NCBI GenBank assembly: GCA_951406725.2
Contig: OX597814.1
Span: 44,516,001 to 44,580,000, forward strand
Source of the DNA: Octopus vulgaris
Taxonomy: Eukaryota
DNA length: 64,000 nucleotides
Direction: 5' to 3'
Shown here: positions 13,881 through 27,342 of the stretch, piece after piece
Layout: each line of letters begins with the position of its first letter
How positions within the stretch are numbered: position 1 is the stretch's first letter
The notes under the pieces: generated by a model
Database searches by the model: none
Told to the model about the DNA's origin: nothing
The model's input: the letters and a program-made list of their open reading frames with translations, nothing else
Position numbers and translations under genes: made by a program

Positions 13881-13951
13881 CTAAATCCAAGCATGAAAAC
13901 ACAAAGAGAAAACACAACAACGCGAGGACGTGGAACAAATATAGTATTATT
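13878..13951 (-). mobile_element. Short PLE stub, same family as 1957-2185
   Basis: Near-identical terminal sequence adjacent to (TA)n. Confidence 0.7.
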
Positions 13952-14087
13952 GTGTACTTTTCCTAATAATATACTGATTATACTTGTTAAATGTAACCAT
14001 ACTATCGCCCTCCACTCGTCGAAAGCTATTTCTATTTTCTATAAAAACTATTCTTATTATTAATATAGATTTCAAACTTTGACTAGA

Positions 14088-14277
14088 AATGTTGGGTACA
14101 TGGCTCAGTTGATAACATCGACTCCAGTGTTCAACTGGTCCTTATCTTTATCGATACCGAGAGGATGAAAAGGAATGTCAACCTCGGCGGAATTTGAACT
14201 CAGAACATACGGACGGACGAAAAGCTACCACGTATTTTATCCGGTGTGCTAACGATTCTACCTGCACACCAACTTAA
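14088..14277 (-). mobile_element. tRNA-derived SINE, family B (Nin-domain-like core), diverged
   Basis: Reverse complement of GTTCTGAGTTCAAATTCCGCCGAGG...TTTCATCCT...CGATAAA, homologous to the 42148 copy. Confidence 0.75.
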
Positions 14278-15299
14278 ACTGCGTCATGATATTTAGAATT
14301 CTCGTAGATACTTCTTCATGTGAAGATATTTTATATTGTTTTAATGAAATGATTCTTGCAAGATTGTAAAATGTATTCCAGAGAGAACAATTAATTGTGG
14401 TTAAATCGAAGTATTTTTGATGGCAATTTCTTTATGTGTAATAAAATGCTATTTCAGCTGAGGGAACTATCTAAGAAATTAATTTCCTTTAAAGGGACCT
14501 CGGCACTGAATGAAACGCTAAATGTTTAAAATATTAAGCAAACTATATTTCCATTTGTTACTATTTTGTTATTTAAATTTCTTAGTAATATCAGACCATC
14601 GTCTTCATATAAAATACAATCAACAAAGAAGTGCTCTTCTTTCAGAGATTTTTTAAGGCGTCTAAATTTAGTAGAATATTCTACTAACATACTGGTTCGA
14701 TGTTCTCTTTTTCGATATACACTGTCTTTGTACTATTTTTTTAGTTAGTAATATCTCCGGTTTCGTAGTGTTGAAAAATGTGGTTTTGTTGGCAAAATTC
14801 ATTGCTGTTGTGAAGATGGACTTAGTAGACTTTAATGTCAAAATTAACAAGTCATTCATCTATAACCCAGAGGGAATTAAGTCACTTAAAATCGCGAATG
14901 GAAATATTATAGTATGCTTATGATTGTATTTACTTAGTCTTTAATATAGAGAAGGTTAAATGCAATGTTTACAAACAATCCCACGGTTTCCTTTAAAGGT
15001 TTTAATAAATCTTGTGAATGGATAGAGAAGTGCGTTAGTTATATGGTCTTTCATATTTAAATAGATTCTAGGATTCTTACCTAATCATTTCTGTTTGTTG
15101 TATCAATTTGGTGGCGATAACTTTGACAGGAATGTTAATAAAATTTACGAGAGAGCATAGTCGGTGTTTTTGTCATATACATTACGCATCCATACATTTG
15201 TGTTTATGTGTTCAGGAGTGAATATATGCGTTTGTGTGCATGCGCGCGCGCGTGTGTGTGTGTGTGTATGTCTATGTTTGTGTGTCTGTGTTTGTGTGT

Positions 15300-16598
15300 A
15301 AGTATGAAAGAAAAAATCAAAAGCACAGAATATCAAGGAAGACAATAAGAATGTTAAAGTATTCAGTTCTAACTACGCGATATAATGTTTTCGACGTAAA
15401 TCTTTCATGGAAACGAAAGAACAAGAGAAAAAAGAGAAAATGAACAGCATGGAGATTGGGAAGGAAAAAAGAAAACAGAGTTGAGACAAAACCACGTGCA
15501 GCATCATTTAGGCGACATATTTAGATAGCCCGGAAGTGACAAGAAAGAAAGACAAAGTTTTCATACGCAGAACAATGAATAAAGAGAAAAGACAGAAGCG
15601 TTACATATGTGTAAATGTGTACGTATGTGTGCATGTGGAAGCTCTATGAAAGAAAAATTTGAATGTGAATACATAAATGTCATCGTTACTATATGTATCT
15701 GAACGTGTGTAAGCTCTGTGTTTGTAGCGTTATGTTGTCTTATAAAGGTATGTATATACGTGAGTTAATGATTGTATATAATTAGTAGTACGTCTTTGCT
15801 TGAATGCGTGTTTTGTGTGTATGCGTCAAGGTGATATTTTATAGTGATAGATGTGTAAGTGGACGGCTACAGGTATTTGAAATATGTATAAAGTTGTATG
15901 TTGTTAACACCGGTTGTCTATGAGATCGCTGTTTGTGCTTGGTTTTGGTATGAAATGTGCTCGTATGCTTTGTTCTTTGGAAAGAATGTACAGTGGTGTT
16001 CATTCAGTGTGTGTATGAGTTCCCAATGAATCTGGATGTTAAATTCGAATGTGTGTGTGTGTGTGTGTGTGTACACGAGCGTATATTCTGGAGCTGAAGC
16101 GTGTATAATTGTGTATGAGTGTGTCTGTTTCTTTGCGGCGCATGTGTAATGTATGTACTTGTGCGATTGTTGAATGCGTCCGTATGCGTGTTTGCTGCAG
16201 TGTTTCGTTCCGAATAATGTTGTTTTAGATTTAGAATTGCATGTATTTGTACATATTTTGTGGTTTTCTGTGTGCGTGTACTTGGTCACTTTGGTTGTGT
16301 ATGCATGTTTACGTGGATGTATGTCATGCGTATGTGAGATCAAGTGACAGAGTATGCATGTGTGTGAAATTGAACGGGTATGTATGGTGGCTTTTTTGTC
16401 GTTTGCAGCATTTTTATGATATGTTTGTCTTTTATTTATTGAAATTATTGTGTATAGCTGTATTTTTAAAATGCGTGTATATGCGATTGCAGTTAGTGTT
16501 TGTGTATGAAAGTGAATTGCGACTGAATGCATTTTAGATTGTGCGTGTTGTGCGTGCTTTATTGTTTTATGCAATATATGTGTATAGTAGCCCATCGA

Positions 16599-16631
<33 letters not shown>

Positions 16632-17175
16632 CATGTGAGTCTGTGTGTAAGTATGTGTATGTGCGTGTGGCTGTGTTTGTTTCTAAGTGTATGAATGTGT
16701 GTGTTTTGTCTTGTGTGTATATCCTCTTGCATGAATGTGTTTTTCAGAAAGTAGAATGTTTACATGTAAATCATCATTTGTGTGAGTATGTGAGTGTGTG
16801 TGGTTTTTTTAGTATCATTGAATCATCGTGTCTTAGTCAAGAGGGAAGGACGGTAGCATGGCATATTTTCCGATTTTGGTGCTGTTAGGAAGTATGTTGG
16901 ATACCTGGACCAAATGCTAGCAATAGAGTGAACACTATTAAAGAAAGTGATCAAAAACTGAAAGGCTTCCCTTACCGACGTACGAAGTCGGTGAGATTTC
17001 CTTACCTACAGAATGATGAAAGGCAAACTTACCAAAAACAGTATTTGAATTCAGAACTCAAGAAGCAGGAATAAATATCGCAAACTATTTCGTACTTATT
17101 ATCGACGAAATGTATACGGGCTCTATCAAATAATCTTACACTTTTAACCACACATCTATTACTCGAATGGATCAA
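15300..17175 (-). mobile_element. Highly decayed PLE 3' portion (GIY-YIG remnant + CA-rich UTR + stub)
   Basis: Minus strand 16820-17170 gives GIY-YIG-like remnants (RC...YEI...YSC, DHF). A degenerate HHR-like GA..GTCGAAAAC lies near 15390, and the end abuts (TG)n. Confidence 0.45.
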
Positions 17176-17412
17176 TTTCTCTCTCTCTCTCTCAACACTC
17201 ACACACACACACACACATTTATATATTTATAGAGAAAACGATATTGTGTATGCTTGTGTGTGTGTGTTTGTGTAGAAATTACATATACCCATTTATATAT
17301 GTATATATATACATGTATATATATATGTATATGTGTATATAAATGTATATATATATGTATATATAGAAGAAGGAAAGAATAAAAGAATAAGAGAATAGAG
17401 TCGTGCAAGAAT

Positions 17413-17607
<195 letters not shown>

Positions 17608-17613
17608 CTTCAT

Positions 17614-17917
17614 GTGGAGGCGCAATGGTCCAGTGGTTAGGGCAGCGGACTCGCGGTCGTAGGATCGCGGTTTCGATTCCCAGACCGGGCGTTGTGTGTG
17701 TTTATTGAGCGAAAACACCTAAAAGTTCCACAAGGCTCCAGCAGTGGGTGGTGATCCCTGCTGTACTTCTTCACCACTCTTTCTCTCACTCTTTCTTCTG
17801 TTGGCCTGCTCGCTTAGCCAGCGGGGTGGCGTCATTCGAAGGCTAAAACAATGCGAACGCATTGTGACCAGCGATGTGTAGCAACATCTGACGGTCTGGT
17901 CGGTCACGTCACGTGAC
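17614..17917 (+). mobile_element. tRNA(Arg)-like SINE, family C, tail type 1
   Basis: Head GGAGGCGCAATGGTCCAGTGGTTAGGGCAGCGGACTCGCGGTC...GGTTTCGATTCCC with A/B boxes and a TCG anticodon-like loop; CORE-like middle; structured tail. Confidence 0.85.
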
Positions 17918-18000
17918 ATATATATATAAATATATATATATACATATATATATACATATATATACATATATATATACATATGCATATATATATATACATA

Positions 18001-18063
<63 letters not shown>

Positions 18064-18479
18064 CTATACAAAATGGGACAAGAACGCAAAACATCCCGGC
18101 AGTTAAGTGATACAAGAAAGGGACAACATGTATGTATATGAGTGCTTCGATGCATTGATGTATGTGTGCCTACTGAATATGTAATAATTTGCCATGAATT
18201 ATTACAATAATATTTTCTAGCAAAATACACTGCAAAATACATTGAAGCACTAAAATGTTTTAAAATAAATACATGAAAATGTTTGTTTCTTTTTTTAATT
18301 TGAACGTTCAGACTATGCATTCCACTACCAAAAAAGGCGCACTGACTGGTAAGCTGATTATGATTAACTTTCATGTATTGAATAGACAGTATGGGGTAGA
18401 TACAGTTGTATATTCAATATATTTGAACTAAGACTACATTGCAACAACATTGCATTACACTAACATACATTTCAACGAG

Positions 18480-19560
18480 GGACAAAATGCAATACATTCA
18501 CATGTAATAAAATGAAAAAGCATCAAAATACGTCTCAAGACATTGGAAACATTCGACAAGATAATGGTATGCACATTACTTCATTACAAAACAGTTAATT
18601 TTTTAATATGCCATTTTGTTTTATTTTATGCCAAAGACAGATCTTTTTCTTCATTTTTATTTTTTCATATTATTTGCTGCCTGATATAATTTCTGTCACC
18701 AATTTGTCAATACCTTTCCTGGGAAAAGATTTGATCTTATGAGTTATATTCACTATGTCTTAGCATTTGCTCTTCTAGGAATATGAGACTATATGGAAAG
18801 CCTTTATACAATCTATCCAGATCATACGTAACTTAGCCCATCTTGTTTTATCTGCAAGATGTTGATCTTTTGTACTGCAGCTTCATTTTCGACAAGCTTT
18901 CTGTGTTTCTAGCAGCAGTATCTCTGGTATTGATAGGCTGGTAGATTTCTACAGGGATTATCCTGTTCGATGCTTAACAATTCAACTCAACAGTTATTTT
19001 ACAATGATCTCGTATAACAATTGTTGACAGATGAATAATGCTCAAAGTTAGATTTATGAGGCGCTCTATTCAGAGACGTTGACATTTTCTAAAAGGATAC
19101 AGTTCGTTGTGACAACTTGAATTCTGTCACTTCATTCAGACATTCTTCTAGTAATTCAACAATGCCGAGATCATTTAGCTTGAAGCATATTAACCCTTAA
19201 TCAATTCTGTTGAAATCGTTGGCAAAGTTCAGTTACACTAATCACTGTTTGATAAATAGATCTTATTTAATATGCATTAGTAATATCGCTGCAGTTATGT
19301 GAGGCAATTTGTACTTGAACAGAAACAATACTGCTGACACTTGACAATATATTCCCTGTAACACTATAATCAGTGTGTTTCTGAAATTACTGATATGTGA
19401 AATTAGAATGGTAGGCCAGGAAATTTAATCGTCTGCATTTCGTTGTCTCTTATTCATAAAACATTTGTCATTCTTTATAATATTCGATTTACAGTAAAGC
19501 ATTGTAAGAGTGCTTCAAGCGGCCTGACTATCGTTAGTTAGTAGGTTTTACGAAAACTGT
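18480..19560 (-). mobile_element. Ancient CR1/L2-type LINE RT remnant
   Basis: Minus-strand remnants resembling NYRPISL.SH (~19405), QHGF..RSCLT.L (~19310) and LDFAKAFD (~19220). Confidence 0.55.
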
Positions 19561-20406
19561 TCGGGAATTTTTCATGGCCTTCTTCTTTAATTCAGGTTCA
19601 TTTTAATTATAACAAATATTAAATTTATTCTATACCTAAAGTTACCCATGCAATATAATGATGAGTTATCGTTTTCGACTATTTACATGTGTATTAATTT
19701 AGTACTCAATGCATTTATAGAGGAGTTTACTTACATTCGAAAGTGCACTATACGGGAAAATTTACTTTAACATACACCTTTATTTTGTACTGCATTAAAT
19801 ACGATACTTTAGGGCTTTATGTTTTAAATATCAATTATTTTCTTCTCTTCTACTTTCAGGGGAACTTTTTGCCATATTTTCAATTAATATGAGTGACATT
19901 TTAAGTGTTTTCCTTAGCCAGTATTTTGTCTATGTAATCTATTTAAGATCTTCCTTATTTTCGTGAAAATTATTATACCCAAAGGAAAGATATTTTTGTG
20001 AACATTGGTCTTCATTTTCCTGACGTACATCATGCATACAACTTACAATATTGACAGGAATTAATTCCGATTCACGTGAATTTCGCGGTCCATTTCAGCT
20101 TACAGATCTCTTTCTTAATTGATTTTCTTTACCAGTCACCTAAGCCTACAAAAAAGGGTCATAAATACTAATATTCTTAGTTTGACTAGGCCAAAATAAA
20201 CACAAAGAAATAGAGACACCGTCTCTGTGATCTCATGTTGTGACATCCTTGGGAAAACAGATTTTAGTTACTAAAATAGAATACATTCTGAAACTAATTT
20301 TGTTTGTACGTTAACACATCAATCAATTGGAAGATATTCTAAGAAATTGTGATATGGTTCGTGTAATCCACCAGAAGACGTAATTCTAATATTACTGAGT
20401 TGTTGA

Positions 20407-20600
20407 AGGTGGCTAGCGGGCAGAATCAATAGCACGCCGGATAAAATGCTTAGCGGCATTTTGTCCGTCTTTACATTCTGAGTTTAAACTACACTGAGGT
20501 CGACTTTGTCTTTCACCCATTCTGAGGTTGAAAGGCAAAGCACTTGGATCGATGTAATCAAGTTACCCAATTCTTGAGCTAAAATTCGAAAACAATATTA
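20407..20600 (+). mobile_element. SINE family B
   Basis: GCAGAATCAATAGCACGCCGGATAAAATGCTTAGCGG...GAGGTCGACTTTG, homologous to 42148. Confidence 0.75.
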
Positions 20601-21120
20601 CTGTGTTTGGGGATTTCTTATCTAAAATTAGATATATAAGATAATTTGTGAGGCGTTCAGCTCTATGTTAGTTCCACAACGATGTAAAGGTACTCTCCTT
20701 TTAAATATGCGTGTTGACTGTGGTTGCAGGCCTATTCAGGTTGTACAAATTAAGTCTTCAGCTGAACGAAGGCAGAAATATAACAAAGTGAATAAAAATG
20801 TCGAATGGAAAAATATATTTGTACATGTATTGAAGAATGTTCTCCCATCTGTGTATACATATCGAGTATGCGTATATATATGTGTGTGTGCCTGTGTGTA
20901 TCTGTGCTTGTATGTGTGAGCGTCAGTGTATGTGTGCGTGCATATATGTATATATAAATAGATAGGTAGATAAATAGAAATCCATATATATTCGCAAATA
21001 TATAAATGTACTTCGATTAGAGATTATGCTAACCTCAGGAAGAGATAGTTTCATCCAAGGAAATACTGGTTCAATACCTAGTATTTTGGAGGAATTAATT
21101 TCCTTAAAATGATAGGTATA

Positions 21121-21426
21121 TATAGATATAAGAATAATCGCTGTCGTTGGTCAGCTCCATGAGGCCACCGCCTTAAGATAGCTATTGATACACGATCTGT
21201 ATCCATTATAACCTTCGAACAAGGGCGACACCTGCGGGGTCTGACTGCGCTACATTGACAAGGGGCAATACCCCGAAACGCGTCTGTAGCTGTCGGACTG
21301 GCAGTGTGAAGCGGCTGACCTCCCTTGTTCGAAGGTTATAATGGATACAGATCGCTTATCAATAGCTATCTTAAGGCGGTGGCCTCATGGAGCTGACCAA
21401 CGACAGCGATTATTCTTATATCTATA
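21121..21426. mobile_element. 306 bp foldback element: 105 bp inverted arms around an HHR-containing loop
   Basis: Arms 21121-21225 and 21322-21426 differ at only 2 adjacent positions; termini TATAGATATA. Confidence 0.9.
21249..21290 (+). ncRNA. Type I hammerhead ribozyme, U3:A8 core variant
   Basis: GCTACA TTGACAA GGGG caata CCCC GAAA CGCG TC TGTAGC. Helices I and II pair perfectly; predicted cleavage after C21284. Confidence 0.85.
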
Positions 21427-23269
21427 AGAATGCCATATTAATATGGCGATAACAATTAATTTCCAGTAAACGCTGTCGTAATCTCTTTTATAGAGACTTA
21501 GTAATTTTAATATTTCTATTATATATATATAGTTTATATTCATTTAGAAGAAAAATAAGAAAATGGAGATTGGGAAGTTAATAATTGTTTATTATTAACA
21601 GCATATTAAATCATCATGTTTCGATTAATACTCAATAAATATTAAGTAAATATTAAATTTATATGACCTGAGCGTGATATACTCAGAAGGAAAAATACTC
21701 TAGGATGTTTTATATATGATTATGTAATATCGAAAGTGTTCGAAATTAGTCCATTCTAATAATGCTCACACTTGTTTTAGATACTCGATATATCACGTAT
21801 GAATGTCTGGTTCATCTAAACAAGAATACGGATGGATATACATCTTTACAAAATTAATGTTGTGCTAAGGGTTGTTATTTGTTTTCTCTTGTTTTGAGAA
21901 AGCTGCGGTGGTGTCTGGTCTATGCGAAAACATGTGACTGTTGAAAATAAGTTTGTGTCACTAAGACGTGTTGACTTACCCACAAATGTCTTTATACACA
22001 TTCGTATATACGGGTGTACGTGTATGTGTATACGTGTACGTATGTGTGTGGGGGTGAGGTGGGGGTGCACGCGCTTCTTCACGTGCATATGTCTATATGC
22101 TTCTATGCATGTGTGTGTAACTTTTCCAAGAGAGAGAGCAAAAACAGAACATAAATAAATAGGCATTTCTTAGTATTTATCTAAAGTGTGTTAAAATTTT
22201 ATATCCAGGAATTTATTTTTTGTCCTAACACTGAAAGTAATATATGCCCTCAACTAACGGGATCTGTTATACATTACATTTTCCTTAATTTAATCACTTT
22301 TGAATTAATTTTAGGTAATCAGAACTTATTTCAATGACTCCAATTTAGAAATACCATATCGCACAGCTGATAAAGTAAAAAAAAAAGGGGGAGGGTAGCA
22401 TTTATTTACGTTTTTTTTATATATTGTAATTACTAATATTTCCTAAATGGCAGTCAAGTAACCTAATAAGACACAAATACACCGAGTCTAAATTTTAACC
22501 GTAATGTATTTCCTTTTGTATGTGTCTTCCGCATGTGTCAGTGTATGAGTTTTTTTTACATTATGTATATGCGTCTAAAATGGCAGTAATATCTCAATAT
22601 GGATATTGTTCAAAACACATGTATATGAAACGTATATGCAAGTAAGCACGCACATGAATTTATAATATGTCACTGAACTATCCACATCGTGTACATTTAC
22701 TCAGGTTCCTTGACTCTGTCGATGCGTAGGCAGGCTAGAATTTATAAATCATGGGTTTTCCTTGCAGACTTAACACTTCAATATTTTTTATTCTACTACA
22801 AAAGCCAAAATGCCTCCTTGGAGGGTGCTGTTCCCTTAGCGTTACATTCATTGTCACGCTGATTCTGCCCCCAAGGAGAATCAATCCATTTTGCTATATC
22901 TCGCTGCTTTAACTGACTTCCATTTGCATATTTGCATATAAGCAGAGCTCTTACACTAATGGCGTGCCGGGCTGTTGAATTCTCACCTTTTTACTCTGAA
23001 CGTATGACTGGCTGTGAACTGAAGCTTAGTAAAATCTCATAAAATACACACATTATTCCACTTTGAGATTTTAATTCCTTTATGCATTTCTGGTCATGCT
23101 TTGCATTATTTGCCGTGTGTTTCGTTTATTTTACAATTTATTTTGTGCTTATTTTACTTTAGTCGTTTTATTTTTATTTTTTCTCATTAATTACTATTTT
23201 GCATTTAATTAACAATTGCAGAATTTCAATGAGTAATGCGTCATCTCTTAAACATTATTGCTCATACGC

Positions 23270-23307
<38 letters not shown>

Positions 23308-26071
23308 GCATACATATCATACATATACATATAGGAATATATACATATATACATACATTAGAATTCCTACAATACTTTAGCAAGTATTGTGGAAATTTAA
23401 TGATTTCTGCATTGTGCAAGATAAAATCAGAATATTGCCTGAATGGAATTTTCTTCAGTTTTCATATTCAGCAAATATCTGATTTTTGTTTTCTTTTCTT
23501 AATTGATGTGTGGTTCATTTTGTGATATTGTATTGAGTTTACTGTTTCAAATCGTCCGCAAATTGATTTTGAGAAATATTATGCCCTTCTGATTAACTAA
23601 CTGCCTGGTTTGATTGTTTCAGATAATGTATTTTAAGGATTTGCATCTTGGGATATTATAGAGCATATCGAAAGTTATAGTGTTACTTTCATAATCTGTC
23701 GTCTTATCAAAATTTGAGTTAAAGGATGAAGATTAGACGGCTTATATTTTTAAGGAAGTTTATAAATATATTTCATGTAAAATGACGTTTATTAGTGGCT
23801 TGACACATTTTGTTTAAATGGTATCGATAGTGTGTTATCATATAAAAGATACTACTAGTATTGGTACTGTCATGATTTCTGCTATCATGACGGATACTAA
23901 TAACCGCTGGTACCTAAATCGTTTGTGATCTCCTGCGACATCTGATGAAGTATCTTGCAGTGCGACTCTAAGTACAATAATGTACTAAACTTGTTAGTTT
24001 ATAAATAATTATTAGACGATAAAATTTAAGCTACCAACAATGTAAAGATGTAGAAATGAAGTGTAATAGGTCAGACCGAAAACATTAGCCCGATCTGTTG
24101 AGGACTAATAAATTTAAGTTTCTTATCCAGTAAATTATCATAATAACTGCGATGACAGAAACATAATGGGGAAACTTAAAATGTAAGTGGGAAATCCCAA
24201 TAATGAGAATTGCATCTGAAAAAAAAATGGAGTGTGATGTTAGGTTTTAATTATATAGAAATATTACTGCCTTGTTAAATCAAGAAATTCAGAAAATGTT
24301 CGCATTATTTTTTCACAATAAATTACTACATTTATTATTTTAGAAATACGTTATTGATGGTTACATGTACTACATAAAAAGGCAGGGATGTCAACCAGTC
24401 AAATATTCGAAAGAGTTAACTTTATATACAAGTGACTTCTAATATCAATAAATGATGCACATTTTAAGAAACTTTATAATCAGTCGCAAATTTTAAATAG
24501 GTTCAGTTTTGGTAACACATGAGCCTTAAAAAAGCAACATGAGCTTTGAGAATCTGTGATAATACGTAAAATATGAAAATACTAAAATATTAGTTCATTG
24601 TTTGTATCTATTTAACTCCGGGTTAAATGATAAGGCGTTTTACACATGCATTTTTAGAAAAATTTGTAATAAAAAAATTTGCTATATTAAATATTAAATT
24701 CAAAGATAATTTAATGGTTCTGCTATCCCAATAGCAAATTCCTGAATAAGCAGACTTGCAACCAAAGTTGTTCTAGACGTGTCCATACCATATTCTATAC
24801 TAAGTGTGGCATCCAGAACCACGTTATTCAAAATAATCTTTTCGTTTTATACAGTAGAGTTGTATTTAAGTGAGATATTTTAACGAGTATTTCTCGCAGT
24901 TTGAATGGCTCTATATACATAGCTCTATTCGGTTGTCATAAAATTTGAATCAATTTTTCCTACCAGCATGAGAGACTCTTTTTATATATTTGAAGGTAGA
25001 ATTATACTGACTGCGACAACATTATCAGTCTTGATATTAAACTTAAGATAGTGCAATATGGAATTCCAGAAACGAACAGTAGTCAAGAAAACACGAGGAT
25101 GATTCACCAAAAATACGTTAAAGTAATATAAAAATATTATTTTTAGATAGCAAACTGTTTGCGGGAGTATTTAATTCAATAAGCCAGGTTGTTCGAGATT
25201 ACTTCAGTCCGTCACTCATCAACTATAATACCAATGATGAAATGAGGTCATTTTATTGGATTATACCTCCTTTCATACAAAAGGTCGCTTTATGCTTTTG
25301 GAAGAAATTCGTCTTTGTTAGTATTATTAAAGGAGTATAGACCATTTCCAACATTCTTAATAACAGAAGCAAATATGTGATTTAAGAATTCTTTGAATGT
25401 GTGAAAACAACAAATTAATCTAATTATACATTCAAGAGCATTATTAGATTTTAAGATAACTTATAATTTGCATCGTCATACTGTCATTTGCAAAGATAAC
25501 ATAATATCATTCTAATATCCGATCTTGCTAGAATACCTGAACCAAATATGTTAATGAGTTGTAGAAACAAATATTTTGATACGGTAAAAAGTAAGGTATA
25601 TTGTTAAATTTAAATTCAAGTAGAACATTTCTGCTGTTTCTTGACATATAAATTAATCATATTATATAAACAGATCTTTTCTGAAGTATATTCTTTCTTC
25701 TAGAGTATGCTATCAGCCACTTTTCACACCTAAGCCTTCCCCTAGATAGTTTTAAAAGATTTTCTATGAAAACCTACTTAGCCACTTAGAAACTTAATCC
25801 TCCATAATGGTCTGTTTCGAAGTATGTTTATACAAATATAAATGTTTATGAGTGATATTCAGTTGTTAACGAGTTCATTATTATTTTTATAGTGTAAAAT
25901 ATGAAAGAAGGTGATAGTGACTAGTAACAAGGAGCTTCTCGATCAAGTCATTGACAACGCAGGAGATGGCTTCCAGAGAGTACCAAAAGATATGCTACGC
26001 ATTATGATAATTTGATGAGTACTGAACATGTCATGCTGCATTTTGAAATTATTGTGATCTGCGTAAAATTT

Positions 26072-26585
<514 letters not shown>

Positions 26586-26864
26586 TTTTTCGACTGCTGA
26601 TTGATCTAGACGTATGGATGTCAGGCTCATGATTGTTAGGTTGTGGGTGTCTCTCGGACCAGGCAGCCCGAATTATTTCCAAACAAGTCACTTCATATCC
26701 TATTGTTACAACCCAATCAGATGCAAAAAGTCCTAGCGAAAGAGTAATAGTGAAAGAAACCTAGCGAAAGAGTCACAGCGAAAGTGTCCTAGAGAATGTT
26801 TCTTGAGATTGACAAGTGTATCGTTCAAGGATGAGTTTTGTACTTTCAGTGTCTTTAATGTTAG

Positions 26865-27040
26865 TGAAGGAGCATGACTTAATTGTTAGGGTATTCACCT
26901 CAAGATCGTAAAATTGTGAGTTCGATTCGTGGCAGCGCGTTGCGTCTTTGTGCAATACATTTTATTTCACGTTGCTCCAGTTCACCCAGCTGGAAAAAAT
27001 GAATTGTATCTGTAATTGAAAGGCCGGATTTTGTCACAGG
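26865..27040 (+). mobile_element. Diverged tRNA/CORE-type SINE (related to family C, tail type 2)
   Basis: GTTAGGGTATTC...GAGTTCGATTC B-box; TGTAATTGAAAGGCCGG..TTGTCAC matches the tail of the 60121 copy. Confidence 0.6.
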
Positions 27041-27201
27041 AATGAGGTCATGCGGGGTGGATAAGGTAGTAGGAGGTGGAATACAAAGACAGAGATTGGA
27101 AGAGAGTGAGGCAGAGAAAGTGAGAGACGAGGAGAGGAGACACGATGTACATTCAAAAACACAAATGACTTCGATTTATAACTGCTACATTGGATAAATA
27201 T

Positions 27202-27202
<1 letters not shown>

Positions 27203-27266
<64 letters not shown>

Positions 27267-27342
27267 CAGACAGAGAGACAGACAGACAGAGATAGGTAGG
27301 TAGTTAGGTAAGTAGGTAGGTTGGTAGGCAGTTTGGTAGGTA
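27203..27342. repeat. (GATA)n/(GACA)n/(GGTA)n compound microsatellite
   Basis: Direct reading. Confidence 0.95.

Noticed and set aside
15918-16634. 238 aa ORF
   Set aside because: Low-complexity CA-rich degenerate repeat with no protein motif.
17614-17690. tRNA-Arg gene
   Set aside because: No acceptor stem; it continues into a SINE body that is repeated at 60446.
19835-19900. Strong splice-acceptor-like TTTTCTTCTCTTCTACTTTCAG
   Set aside because: No recognisable coding exon or donor follows; cannot be supported without RNA data.
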